From: Neocallimastix sp. 'constans' | Taxonomy: Eukaryota | DNA: 64,000 bases | Direction of reading: 5' to 3' | NCBI GenBank assembly: GCA_050613775.1 | Contig: JBODTK010000132.1 | Location: 310,001-374,000, forward strand | In this document: in pieces, positions 39,800 through 51,162 of the stretch | Layout of the letters: each line of letters opens with the position of its first letter | Numbering within the stretch: position 1 is the first letter of the stretch | Translations under genes and position numbers: made by a program | Notes under the pieces: model-generated | The model's input: only the letters and a program-made list of their open reading frames with translations | What the model was told of the DNA's origin: nothing | Database searches by the model: none

Positions 39800-41150
39800 T
39801 TTTTAATAAATTTTATGAAAAGAAAGAAGACCAAAATATCATATTAAGAGAACTTTGTTCCATAAAAATTATTGAAATGAAAAAGTTAAATACTTTAGCA
39901 TTCGCTGCAGATCAAAAATTGAAAAAAAGGGAAAATATTACTAAAAGACAACAATATTACCTAGAAAAATTTAAATGAAAGCTGAACATAAAAGTTATGA
40001 TATAATTAAAACCTTAAACTCCACTAATAATAGTATCACTTTCGATATCTCCAAAAATTCAATCACAATTTACTCAGGAACTCAAGTTGAAAAAGAATAA
40101 AACAAAAATTTCTGGGGTCATAGTTAAAGAAGATCTATTTTATGATATATAAATCTAAAAACTCAAATGGGCAATCAATTATTTATATATCCTATTTTGT
40201 ATAATTTATGTAAAACTGATAATAAAGGTTAATAAATTAATTTCTCCTATTAATAATGACTATGATGACAATGAAAAGTCGTTTTGTGTTATTAAGGATT
40301 TAGTTCATCAAGAAACCAAACAAAAATTAATAGTTATTGAAGGATTACCTCCTAAAGAATATATTTATAATACAATATTCCAAAATATTCCAAGATATTC
40401 TTAATCAAAAATATAAAAATATTGTTGTAACTCTACTAGAGAATCATATTGAAATAATAACAACTTTTGAAGAAGAATTTACTCCTTCTGATTGATCCCA
40501 TTATAAAAATGTTCTAAAGGAAGAAACAAAATACCTTTATATAAAAATTCTATTGGATAAGTAAATTCAAGTCAATTATCTTAAAAGAAGAACTAATCAA
40601 AATTATTGATAAGAAACTAATTGAACCTTCTTGCTCCTGACGGTCGTCACAAGTTATTCTTGTTTCTAAAAAGAACCATAAATGGCGTATGTGTATTGAC
40701 TATCGCAAGGTTAATGATGTTTCCAAGAAGGATTCTTATTCATTTCCAAATATTGAGGAAATATTCGATAATCTAGATGGCACAAAAATATTTTCTACAT
40801 TAGATCATTATTTGGGTTATTATCAAATATTAATGTATGATGACAGTGTTGAATGTTGAGATAACTACTTTTAGATCTAATTTTGGAAAATTATCAATTT
40901 AAGATTATGCCATTTAATTTAAGCTACTTTCCAAAGGGAAATAAATCATATCTTATTTCCTCTAATAGTAAAATATGAATATAATTTTATTGAAATAACA
41001 TTTTAATTTATTCCAGAACTGAACAAGAGCATGTTCAACATATAAAGCAAGTTTTTGAAATTTATAAAGAACATAAATTTTAAATTAATATTGAAAAATA
41101 TTCTTTAATGTAAACAAAAGCGAATGTATATGGACATAAGGTATCAAATA
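39800..41150 (+). mobile_element. Decayed Ty3/gypsy reverse transcriptase region
   Basis: About 40585-40830 reads EELIKIIDKKLIEPSCS*RSSQVILVSKKNHKWRMCIDYRKVNDVSKKDSYSFPNIEEIFDNLDGTKIFSTLD..GYYQI, followed by broken MPF..ATFQR and EQEHVQHIKQVF...KINIEK. The upstream boundary is approximate. Confidence 0.85.
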
Positions 41151-42280
41151 ATAATAAGGTTCAAAATGATAAAACTTTAAATACTAATAAAAACCATAAT
41201 GAAAATAGTCTTTTTGACCGCAATTTGATATAAAATTAAATATTCACATCTCAATTAATATAAAATGGTTTTTATTATTCAAATATAAATAAATGTCATA
41301 AATCAAATTTAAATCTGATGATTTTAAAATATTCTTAATATGTGACTAGATTTCTATATATTAATTATACTTATAATTAATAATAAATTTTATTACATAA
41401 ATCAATGTTTTAATTATATTCTTATTATTTTATATTTATATTTATAATTACATAGTTATTAAATATTTCCTTAAATAATAATTATTAACATTTATAATAC
41501 TTAAAACATAAAAATAAAACTTTTCTCTGAATTATGAGAAGTGTATGTTTGTGTAAGAAAGTTGTTAGATAATTTTAAATTTTTAGTCAAGTATAAATAT
41601 TTTACTTGAATAAATATATGTAATTATAATAATATTAAATAAATAAATAATACTTTAATAAATTTAATAAAAAAGTCCTATTAAAACAATAGTGCCAGGA
41701 ACTTGAGTTATATATCAAATTGATATAAAGTGAAATAAAACTTTTATTATTAATAAATTATTTTGTTAATAATAACATAAAAATATATTAGTAGAAGACC
41801 ATTAATCATTTGATTAATTATATGAAATTATAAATTTTAATATTTAAATAAAACAAATTTAAATTATATAATCAATAAATGAAATAAAATTATATTAATT
41901 GATACAAAAATTTATATTACTTCATAAATTTATAAATTTATGTATCCCTTTAATTCTTATTTTTAAAGAGAATTATTTTACAAATTTTTATAAAATAAAA
42001 TAAAATAATATTTGATTATTTATTTATATAATAAATAATACAAAAATCAAATTTTAGCAAAAATACAAAATAAATATTTAAAGTTTTTATTTTTTTTTAT
42101 TTTTGTTAATACATTAAAAACACAATAAGAACAATTTAAAGTATATTTTATTAAAAGAAATATAACTTTTATTTATTAATTAATTAATTAGTCTTTGTAA
42201 CTTTTCTCTAATTTAAAAGTTCACTTCTTACATAATATTTTAATTATGTAAGAAGTAAATTTATGAACCATAAAGCTTGT

Positions 42281-42595
42281 TTAGTACATTTCAATTAAAC
42301 TAACAAATTCAGCTTCAGCAGTAGATAAAGTTACGTTTTTCTGTAACTGAGATTTCCATGAAATAGGGCTTTTTCCAAGTAAAAAAATATATCCATTTAT
42401 ATATCTTCTTGTCTTTTCATCGTTAGCAAAATCTGAATCCGAGTATCCGATAAATTTATTATCTTTATTATAATGTATGGATTTATTTTTTGTACCTTTT
42501 AAATATTGTAAGATATTCATTAAATTTTTATAATCAGCTTCTGTTGGATTTTCACATATTCTTGAGGCTTCACTTATCTTAAAATTCTTTATCAT
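42281..42595 (-). mobile_element. Ty1/copia RT-end / RNase H fragment
   Basis: ASRICENPT...ILQYLKGT...IGYSDSDFANDEKTRRYINGYIFLLGKSPISWKSQLQKNVTLSTAEAEFVSL is the copia RNase HI signature; truncated on both sides. Confidence 0.9.
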
Positions 42596-43004
42596 TAATA
42601 AAAACTTGAATAATTAATAAAATTTCAAAACTTTCTCAGACTCAAATTATTATAATCTTCCTCTCAAGAAAACTTGTCGTTTAATAGAAATAATATTATT
42701 TCTTCTAACATCAACAAAAAGTTCCCATTTATAATTTTGAATTATAATTGAATAATAAAAAAATATAAATTATTAATATTTATGTAAAAAACTAAATTTA
42801 TAAAGTAAATTAGCATTATTTATGTTAATCCATAATTTAATTTAAATCATTAGATTTATTATGCACATGTAAAATAGTTTAATATTAACCCAATATGTGT
42901 TGCAACATATAAACATATTTTATAATACTTATTAAATATTGAAATTTGTATCATTTCTGCCAATAATAATTCTTAAAATTTATTATTAAATATTCACAAT
43001 TCCT

Positions 43005-43005
<1 letters not shown>

Positions 43006-43091
<86 letters not shown>

Positions 43092-43155
43092 TTAATATTA
43101 ATATTAATATTAATAATAATAATAATATTAATAATAATAATAATATTAATAATAA
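43006..43155. repeat. (AAT)n / (AATATT)n microsatellite
   Basis: Pure AAT run grading into AATATT. Confidence 0.9.
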
Positions 43156-43935
43156 TTCATTAAAATTAAAAAAAATCGATATAAAATATTCAATATACGT
43201 AAGTAAAAAAATTTTTTAAGCATTTTTTTATAATTATTATATTTTTTTTAATGTTTAATTATTAATTAATTAATTTAAAGAAATTTTGAAATATTAGATT
43301 TTGTTTTTATTTTAATTTTTACAAATTATTATCTTTATGAAAATTTACATTATATTTCAATTATATTAGTTTAATTTGTATTACTTTTATTAATATTTTA
43401 ATATTAATGACTTTTAAATATATATAATTCATATAATTCATACATTAATATTAATTCATATTTTTTTTCTATTTTATATATATATATATTAATACTAATT
43501 TTGAAATAATTATTTATTTAATTTTTTATTAGTAATACATAACATGTTTTTAATGTTTTCTTTTTTATTTTCGTTTGTTTGTTTGTTTGTTGTTTAAAAT
43601 AAAAGATATTTCCATAATATATATATCTAATAATATTTCTTATTAATATATAAATTATTTATTATATAATATTTGTATTTCTTTTGATTCTAATTCAAAA
43701 TAACGAAATATAAGAATCTTATATTTAAAATTATTTTGTTTTAAAATTTATATTAAAAGTTCAATAATATTTTTTTTTTTATTTCAATTCACTAGTTTAC
43801 TTATTATGAAATCAAATAATCTTACAATTCAAAATATTAAAATATTATTAATATTAGTAAAAAAAAATTTTTCTTTTTTTTATTTTGTATTTGGTTAATA
43901 TAAAATTAAGAATTATAAAAAACACCTTTCAAATA

Positions 43936-45054
43936 TCAATTATTTAGAGTGGTAGTATTTGTTGGTGTATTGTTTTCGTCATATGATTGATATTCACTTT
44001 TATAAATATCATTAATAATATCTGAAAATTCTTCAGATCTTTCAAAAAAATAGGAATGATTCATATCTTTCATTATATATAATTTTTTACGAGGAGCTTT
44101 AACTAACTTAAAATATTCTTCTGCTTGATTATGATTGGTTTGATAATCTTTATCACCAATAATATTATAATAAGGTACTTTATAATCAGTATGATTAAGT
44201 AATGAAAACTTTTTAGTGAATTCTTCACTATCAGTAAATTTAAAATAACCCTCCATCCAATTTTTAAGATTTTTAAAATAACTAAAAATGTCAAATAATG
44301 TGTAATAAGGATTAAAAAGAAAAGAAGAAAGTATACTATAATCAGTTCCACCTTCTAATACATTATAATGATATCTTATCAATATTTCGTTTCTAATATT
44401 AAAATATTCCTCAGTAAGATTTTTTGGTGTAATTTTATCAACTAATTTTTGGCCTTCAGGATCATCTTTTGCCCATTTTGTTGCTTCTTCTTTAAATGCT
44501 ACTTCACAAGCTATAACATCAATGAGCTGTCCTGCTCCAATATATGTTTCATAATAATCTGGATAGGTAAGTACTAAATTACTTCCAAAATAGGTACCCC
44601 AAGAATATCCTAATAAAGATATTTTATCTTTATTCAAATGTTTTAATAAAAATTCTGTCATTTCTTTACCATCTTGCATAAATAAATCATGAGTTAATGT
44701 AATATTATTTTGAGATTCTGAGTAACTTTTTCCACAATTTCTTTGATCCCATGATACCACAGTATATACATCAGACCATTTTCTAGTAACTATATAATCA
44801 TATATACTTGTTGGTACTCCAGGACCTCCATGTAAATATAATAATACTGGATTATTTAAATTTTTACCATAAATATTAATCCATTGTTTTGAGCCATTAA
44901 TATCTATCATCCTAGATTCATTAATTCCACCATCTGGAGTTCTATTATTTACCATTCTACCAATTGTTCTAACAATTTCAATTAATGCAAGTATACTGAT
45001 AATAAATATTCCAAAGCATTTTAATATTTTCTTAACTATAGTAGACATTTTCAT
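43936..45054 (-). CDS. Alpha/beta-fold hydrolase (proline iminopeptidase-like, Abhydrolase_1), intronless, with N-terminal signal anchor
   Basis: PVLLYLHGGPG (oxyanion loop), VVSWDQRNCGKS, LLGYSWG (nucleophile elbow G-x-S-x-G), IIGDKDY (acid), MNHS (His). Hydrophobic N-terminus CFGIFIISILALIEIV. Confidence 0.92.
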   Translation of the reverse strand: MKMSTIVKKILKCFGIFIISILALIEIVRTIGRMVNNRTPDGGINESRMIDINGSKQWINIYGKNLNNPVLLYLHGGPGVPTSIYDYIVTRKWSDVYTVVSWDQRNCGKSYSESQNNITLTHDLFMQDGKEMTEFLLKHLNKDKISLLGYSWGTYFGSNLVLTYPDYYETYIGAGQLIDVIACEVAFKEEATKWAKDDPEGQKLVDKITPKNLTEEYFNIRNEILIRYHYNVLEGGTDYSILSSFLFNPYYTLFDIFSYFKNLKNWMEGYFKFTDSEEFTKKFSLLNHTDYKVPYYNIIGDKDYQTNHNQAEEYFKLVKAPRKKLYIMKDMNHSYFFERSEEFSDIINDIYKSEYQSYDENNTPTNTTTLNN

Positions 45055-46501
45055 TTTTAATTTTAATATTCAAATTTATTTTATAACTTCTTCAAAATTT
45101 TGTAATATTATAAGTATTGCTTTTATTTTTTATAGATAAAATATAAACTCTCAAGATATTAATTATAAATATAATATATATTTTATTTTGTATTTTGACT
45201 TTTTTTTTTTTTAAGATTTAAAATTAATATGACTATTTCGTGTTTATATAGTTTTTTTTTTTTTTTTTTTTTCTAATTTGCCATAGTTTCATTTTGTTTT
45301 TATTATTTAACTTTATAATAATAAATTAATATATTTGTATTAATTTAATTAAAATACATTCATTTATATAAATATAAATATATATATGGAATATATATAT
45401 AAAGAATAAAAAAAAATATTACATTATAAAATATAAAGTTATAAAAAATTTATCCAAAAAAAAAAATTTTTTCCTTTCTTGATTTTTTAGAAATTTCGAT
45501 TATTATAAATTTTATTAAAAATTTTTTTTTAATATAAAGTTTAATTTCAAAAAATAATTAATAGAAATTATTTATATATAATAAAGTTTATATTTTCAAA
45601 TATTATTATTTTTATATTCTACTAAATTAATAAATTTTCAAATTCATATACAATACTAAAATCAATTTATATAATAAACATTTAAACCGTTTGATAAAGA
45701 ATTTTCAAGATATTAAGTAAATTTCATAAAAAAAATGTAAACAAAGAAAATCAATACAAATGTATCAAATTAATGTATTAGAAAAGTTATATTAATTTAT
45801 ATTTCTATATTCTTTAAAGTTATATTAAAATTATATTTTAATTACTCTAAATTAGTATAATATATTATCTTTAAACCTTATTATATATTATTTTATGTCT
45901 TTGTTATATTATATTATTAAGAAATATATTAAATTAAGTTATGAACTATATTAATCTAAAAAGAATAATAATTCATAAAAAGAAAATGTAAATAAACGTT
46001 TAGAAGGGGACTTTTTATGAAAAGAGAAGAAATAATTAGTCAAATATAATGAAGTATTATTAATAAATTAAATAATAAATAATTAATATTTTTAAGTTAT
46101 ATTATTGAGAATATAACTTCTTTGAATTATAAATAATTTTTGTGTAATTATTTATAAAATAAATTTTGTGTAAAATTAATAGTTTATTTTTATAAAAAAA
46201 TAAACAAAGTTTCTTTTTATAATTTTTATCATTAAAAGTTGTAAAATAGTTCTTTCTTAAAAGTTAGAATTTTACTACAACTTTAGTATAACATTATAAT
46301 ATTAATTAATATATTATACTGTTATCACCGTTATAGATTAATAATAAAATCAATATTGATAGTAGAAATAATAGAACATAATAATAGAGTATATGAAATA
46401 TAAAAAAAAAAAAAAAAAACTTATTAAAAGGATATTTCAAAAAAAAAAAAATAATAACATTAAATATAGAAAAAAAAAAAACACTTATTAAAAGGATATT
46501 T

Positions 46502-46551
<50 letters not shown>

Positions 46552-47164
46552 ATTTGTAAATGTTAAAATTTTTTTTTTATTTTCATTAACATTTTGAATA
46601 AAAAAAAATTTTTTTTTATCAATAAGGAAAATAATAAAATCGATAAAAAAAAATTAAATATATTAATATTAAATATTAAAATAAACAATTTTATTTCAAA
46701 TAAATTATATTCATATTAATAGATTAATAGATAAATTTTATTATTACCTTTTTTTATTTATTGTCATATAAATAAAATTAGCATTATGTTATTACTGATT
46801 ATTATAATATATTTTAAAACTATTATAAAATTACATTAATATAAATTATCAATGTTATATTATCAATAGCATATATTTATTAGTATTTAAATAATACTAT
46901 TAAAATTAATATTTAAATATTTATAATATCCATGTATAACAATCAATAATCGATTAATTTGTAGTTATATAATAAATAAGGAATCTTGTAAAATTTTATT
47001 AGACAGTAATATTAATAATTATCTTCATTAAATGAATTGATATAAATTTTATCAACTTGAATTAATTCATTGTAATTTAATTTATTGTTCATTGTAATAA
47101 CTTTATTTTTAAAAATTATTATAATAGTAAATATTGATTATTTTTATATTCGTTAAGTTTATAA

Positions 47165-47545
47165 AAAATACTTACATCATAATACATATTCAATTCTCTT
47201 TTAAGTAGGTTAATAATATACTGGTTTAGCTAATTTTTTTAAGACCGTTCCATCCACGGTGATAATCCTTAAAAATAAAGAAAAAAAAATTATAAACTTC
47301 AACAATATTTGCTTTATAACAATTTGAACGAATTGTGCTTTTAATTTTCTTAAAAGTCTTACATAATTTATAATAGAGTAAATTGATCCTTGTAAACGTC
47401 AACAATAGGGCAATCAGAAAAAATGTTTTAACATTAAAAAGTTACTTTACATAATATAGTCAATGAAAAGCAGATCCTTTAAATTCTATTGGTATAAAAG
47501 CTATGACTTTTTTGCCAATACTATAATAAGTATCTACAAGTCGTA
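47165..47545 (-). pseudogene. Possible decayed intron-containing gene or TE fragment of unknown family
   Basis: The minus strand gives codon-like fragments VRLVDTYYSIGKKVIAFIPIEFKGSAFH*, YKLCKTFKKIKSTIRSNCYKANIVE and, after a T-rich..AG acceptor, DYHRGWNGLKK...LLKRELNMYYD|GTAAGT. Stops and frameshifts are present. Confidence 0.3.
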
Positions 47546-48421
47546 CTTTTTTTTTTTTTTTTTTAACAAGTCGTACTATTATCAAATTAAATTGAAATTA
47601 TTAAATATCTTGAATAAAGATCAAATTGAATTGAAATTATCAAGTATCTTAAATAAAGATCAAATTAAATTGGAATTATTAAATAATGATCTCGTTTTAA
47701 TTTATTCGAAGTGGATAATAAAAGCATTACGTAGTAGCTGATAATTCTAAGGATAATACAAAAGATAACATAATAATGTGAAGAATGCTAATGAAAGTAT
47801 AAAAAAAAATGTTAAAAAGCAAAAAACTAAAAGAAAATCAAAATAAAGATAATAAATAACAAAAATGTATTCAAAAACAGAATGAAGCTATAATAAATTT
47901 TCATAATAATTTAATCTACTTAAGAAATACTGATGTTAATAAATTCAAGTTAAAATAAGAAACTGTATCTTAAAAATTAATTTTCAAATTAGGAGATTGA
48001 ATCTCCTAAATAGAGCTAAGATAAATTTTTCATATTTAATAAATTTAATGCATTTACTAAATATTATATATATATTATATTATTTAAATAATATACTATT
48101 TAGTATCATTATTTATTTGGATGTTCTTTATAAATATCTCCTATGCAATAAATTGTATAAAAAATAATTAAATTTTTATTTATTTATTTATTTATTTATT
48201 TATTGTTATTACACTATATATTATTAAATTATTAGACTACATATATAATTAAATTTTGTTAATACCTATAATTTTAAATATTATTTATTGATTAAAATAT
48301 AATAAAATGATCATAAACTAATGTTTTTTTTTTTTTTTTTTTTTTTTTTTCTTGTGAATTAATTAAACATATATTACTATATTCATTATCATTATATTTA
48401 TTAATAATTTTCATAAAATAA

Positions 48422-49146
48422 GAATGTGATGTATTTCGCCAAGTTTCATTTTGCCAAATAAACATAAAAAAATAAAGTATAATAAAATAAATGTATAATA
48501 AATAAAAAATAGAAGAATAATAATAGTTATATTAAATATATTAAATATATTAAATATATATATTTACAATTAAATATTATTAAATATTCTATTACTATTT
48601 TTACAAAAATATTAAAATATATCTTTATAATCAAATATTATTAAATAATTATTTTAATATTATTTTCACAAAAAGTATTAAAAAATATCTATGAAAATAA
48701 ATATTATTAAAGAGTTATTTTAATATTGTTTATACAAAAAGAAAAAAAATCATTAATTTTATAAATACATTTAGATAATTAATTATTATTTTATTATTAT
48801 TAAATATAAGTTTATAATTTGAATTAATAGTTATTTAAAAATCATTATTAGGACAATATTAAAATACAAAAATTTTAGATTATAATACGTTGATTATCAA
48901 ATAAATATTATTCGAATTATTAATTAAAAAAGCGTAATATTAAAACAAAAGATTTATTTTTTGAGTTTTAACATAAATTTTATATTTTTTATTTTATTTT
49001 ATTTTTTTTTTTATGCTTTATTTTTCATTCATTTGTTTTTGTCAATGTGTCACTAGATAAAATGAAACCTTTATGTAATATACCATAATGATAAATAAAA
49101 TTTAGGGAACTTGACAAAATATAACATAGTAAAATGTTAACATACC
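48422..49146. mobile_element. Old Mutator-type MITE A (degenerate TIRs, imperfect 9-bp TSD)
   Basis: Left end GAATGTGATGTATTTCGCCAAGTTTCATTTTGCCAAA. The right end reverse-complements to GGTATGTTAACATTTTACTATG. Flanks are ATAAAATAA versus reconstructed ATAAAATAT (8/9, AT-rich, so weak). Confidence 0.45.
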
Positions 49147-49153
49147 ATAAAAT

Positions 49154-49676
49154 GAGAGTGGTGCATTTCGCCAAATTGTATTTCGCCGATTTGTAAATTA
49201 TACAATAAATAAATAAATAAAATTAAATATTATTAATATTGAATAAAAAAAACTTTAAAAAAAATTATTTTGAATTTTTATTTATTTGTTCATTCATATA
49301 TATATTTCAATACTCCGGGTGTGAGGCATTTCGCCAAATTGCATTTCGCCAGATTGCATTTCGCCAATTTTTTTGAAAGCATGTGGCGTATTAAAAAATG
49401 TGGCATTTCGCCAAGTTGCATTTCGCCAAATTGAAAATTATTAAATAAATAAATAAATCAATAAATAAAATTAATTATTATTAATATCGCATAAAAACAA
49501 TTTTAAAAAAAATATATTTTGAATTAATATTTATTTATTTATTCATTTATTTATATCAATACTCTACTTGTCGAAATGCAACCTGGCGAAATGCAATTTG
49601 GGGAAATGCAACTTGGGGAATTGCAACATTTTAATATTACGCCACTTGGCGAAATGCAACTCTCCCCAATACTCCC
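49154..49676. mobile_element. Mutator-type MITE B (internally deleted, about 164 bp of own sequence), interrupted by MITE C
   Basis: Starts GAGAGTGGTGCATTTCGCC. Exact 9-bp direct repeat CCATAAAAT at 49145-49153 and 49677-49685. Body is homologous to 49400-49564 of MITE C. Confidence 0.75.
49317..49666. mobile_element. Intact 350-bp Mutator-type MITE C
   Basis: TIRs GGGTGTGAGGCATTTCGCCAA and revcomp GGGAGAGTTGCATTTCGCCAA (17/21). 15-bp-spaced subterminal GCATTTCGCC repeats at both ends. Exact 9-bp TSD CAATACTCC at 49308-49316 and 49667-49675. Confidence 0.9.
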
Positions 49677-50703
49677 CCATAAAATATATCCATAGTAAAA
49701 ATAAAGGTTAGGTTATAATAATAATAGCATTTGCTTAATGAGAAAAGTATATGTGTTTTTTATAATAAACTTTAATTTTTGTATTTAGTTAATACATAAA
49801 TTTTATTAATTTTAAGAACTCATTTTTTAAGATAATAAAAATAATTATTTTTTATAGTAAAAATTACATCTTTAATCATGTGATTATTCTATGAATTAAT
49901 GCACAAAGATAGATGTTACACAACATAAAAATATAATAATAAAATATTAATATAAGATAAAAATATAATATTGATAATAACATAAGAATATAAAAATATA
50001 ATATTAATAATATAAAAATATAATATTAATAATATAAAAATATAAAATAAAATTTGAATATTTTAACACTATGTGACATATAAATATTTTATAATAATTT
50101 CTAGGGTTAGGGTTAGATCATACATTTTTAAGATATTCTATACAATCATAAATAAATATAAATAATTACTATTTTAAAAGAAATAATAATATACTATATT
50201 AAAAAAGAATTATAAAAACTATTTTTTTTATAAAAAATTATTTTTACAATTGAATATTAATAAATTATATATATAAAAAAAGAATATTTATTATTTATTT
50301 AATTATTATTTATTTAATATTATATATTTAATTATTATTTATTTAATTAATAAAAAAACAAGCCACATATGAAAATACGCCACATTGTGAAATGCACTAT
50401 TGTGAAACGCACTAGATACAATGTAATAAATAAAAAGTATATATTATTTATTTGATACATAATATTAATTATTAATTATACTTAATCATCTCTTTACATT
50501 GAATAGAATAGAATATATTAATTTATTTTATTATAATTTTCATAGATTTCAATATTTAGTTCTATGATCTTTTTAATATTATAATCATGTAATAGTAATT
50601 AATAAATCAAAAAAGGATAAAATTATATTTAATATTAATCATTTAAAATAAATTTAAATATATTTATTATGTTTGAATGATATAATTAATATTATAATTG
50701 TAA

Positions 50704-50745
<42 letters not shown>

Positions 50746-51128
50746 CTTATATAAGAATAAATGTACAATTAAATTACAATATATATATTTTTTCATTTTA
50801 TTCTATATTGTTATTATTTATTTTTCCCCATACATAATTATAATTTAAATTTATCTAATACTAATGAATAAATTTTAGTATATAAAAAAAAAACTATATA
50901 AAAAATTATTTTATATTATTCATAATAATAAAATATGTATATTTATACAAAATTTAAAAATAATAATGATAATAATAATTAATATGAAATTATATAAAAT
51001 TTTATTAATTTTTTTTTTTTTTTATATTTAAATAAAAAGTAATTTGATTAAATTTGAATAATTTTTAATTGTTCTATATTTAAAGTTTATTATTTCGAAA
51101 GATTGATTTCTATGGTACCACCTTCAAT

Positions 51129-51162
<34 letters not shown>

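Noticed and set aside
50101..50117. TAGGGTTAGGGTTAG telomere-like repeat
   Set aside because: Only about 2 units; insufficient to call an interstitial telomere.
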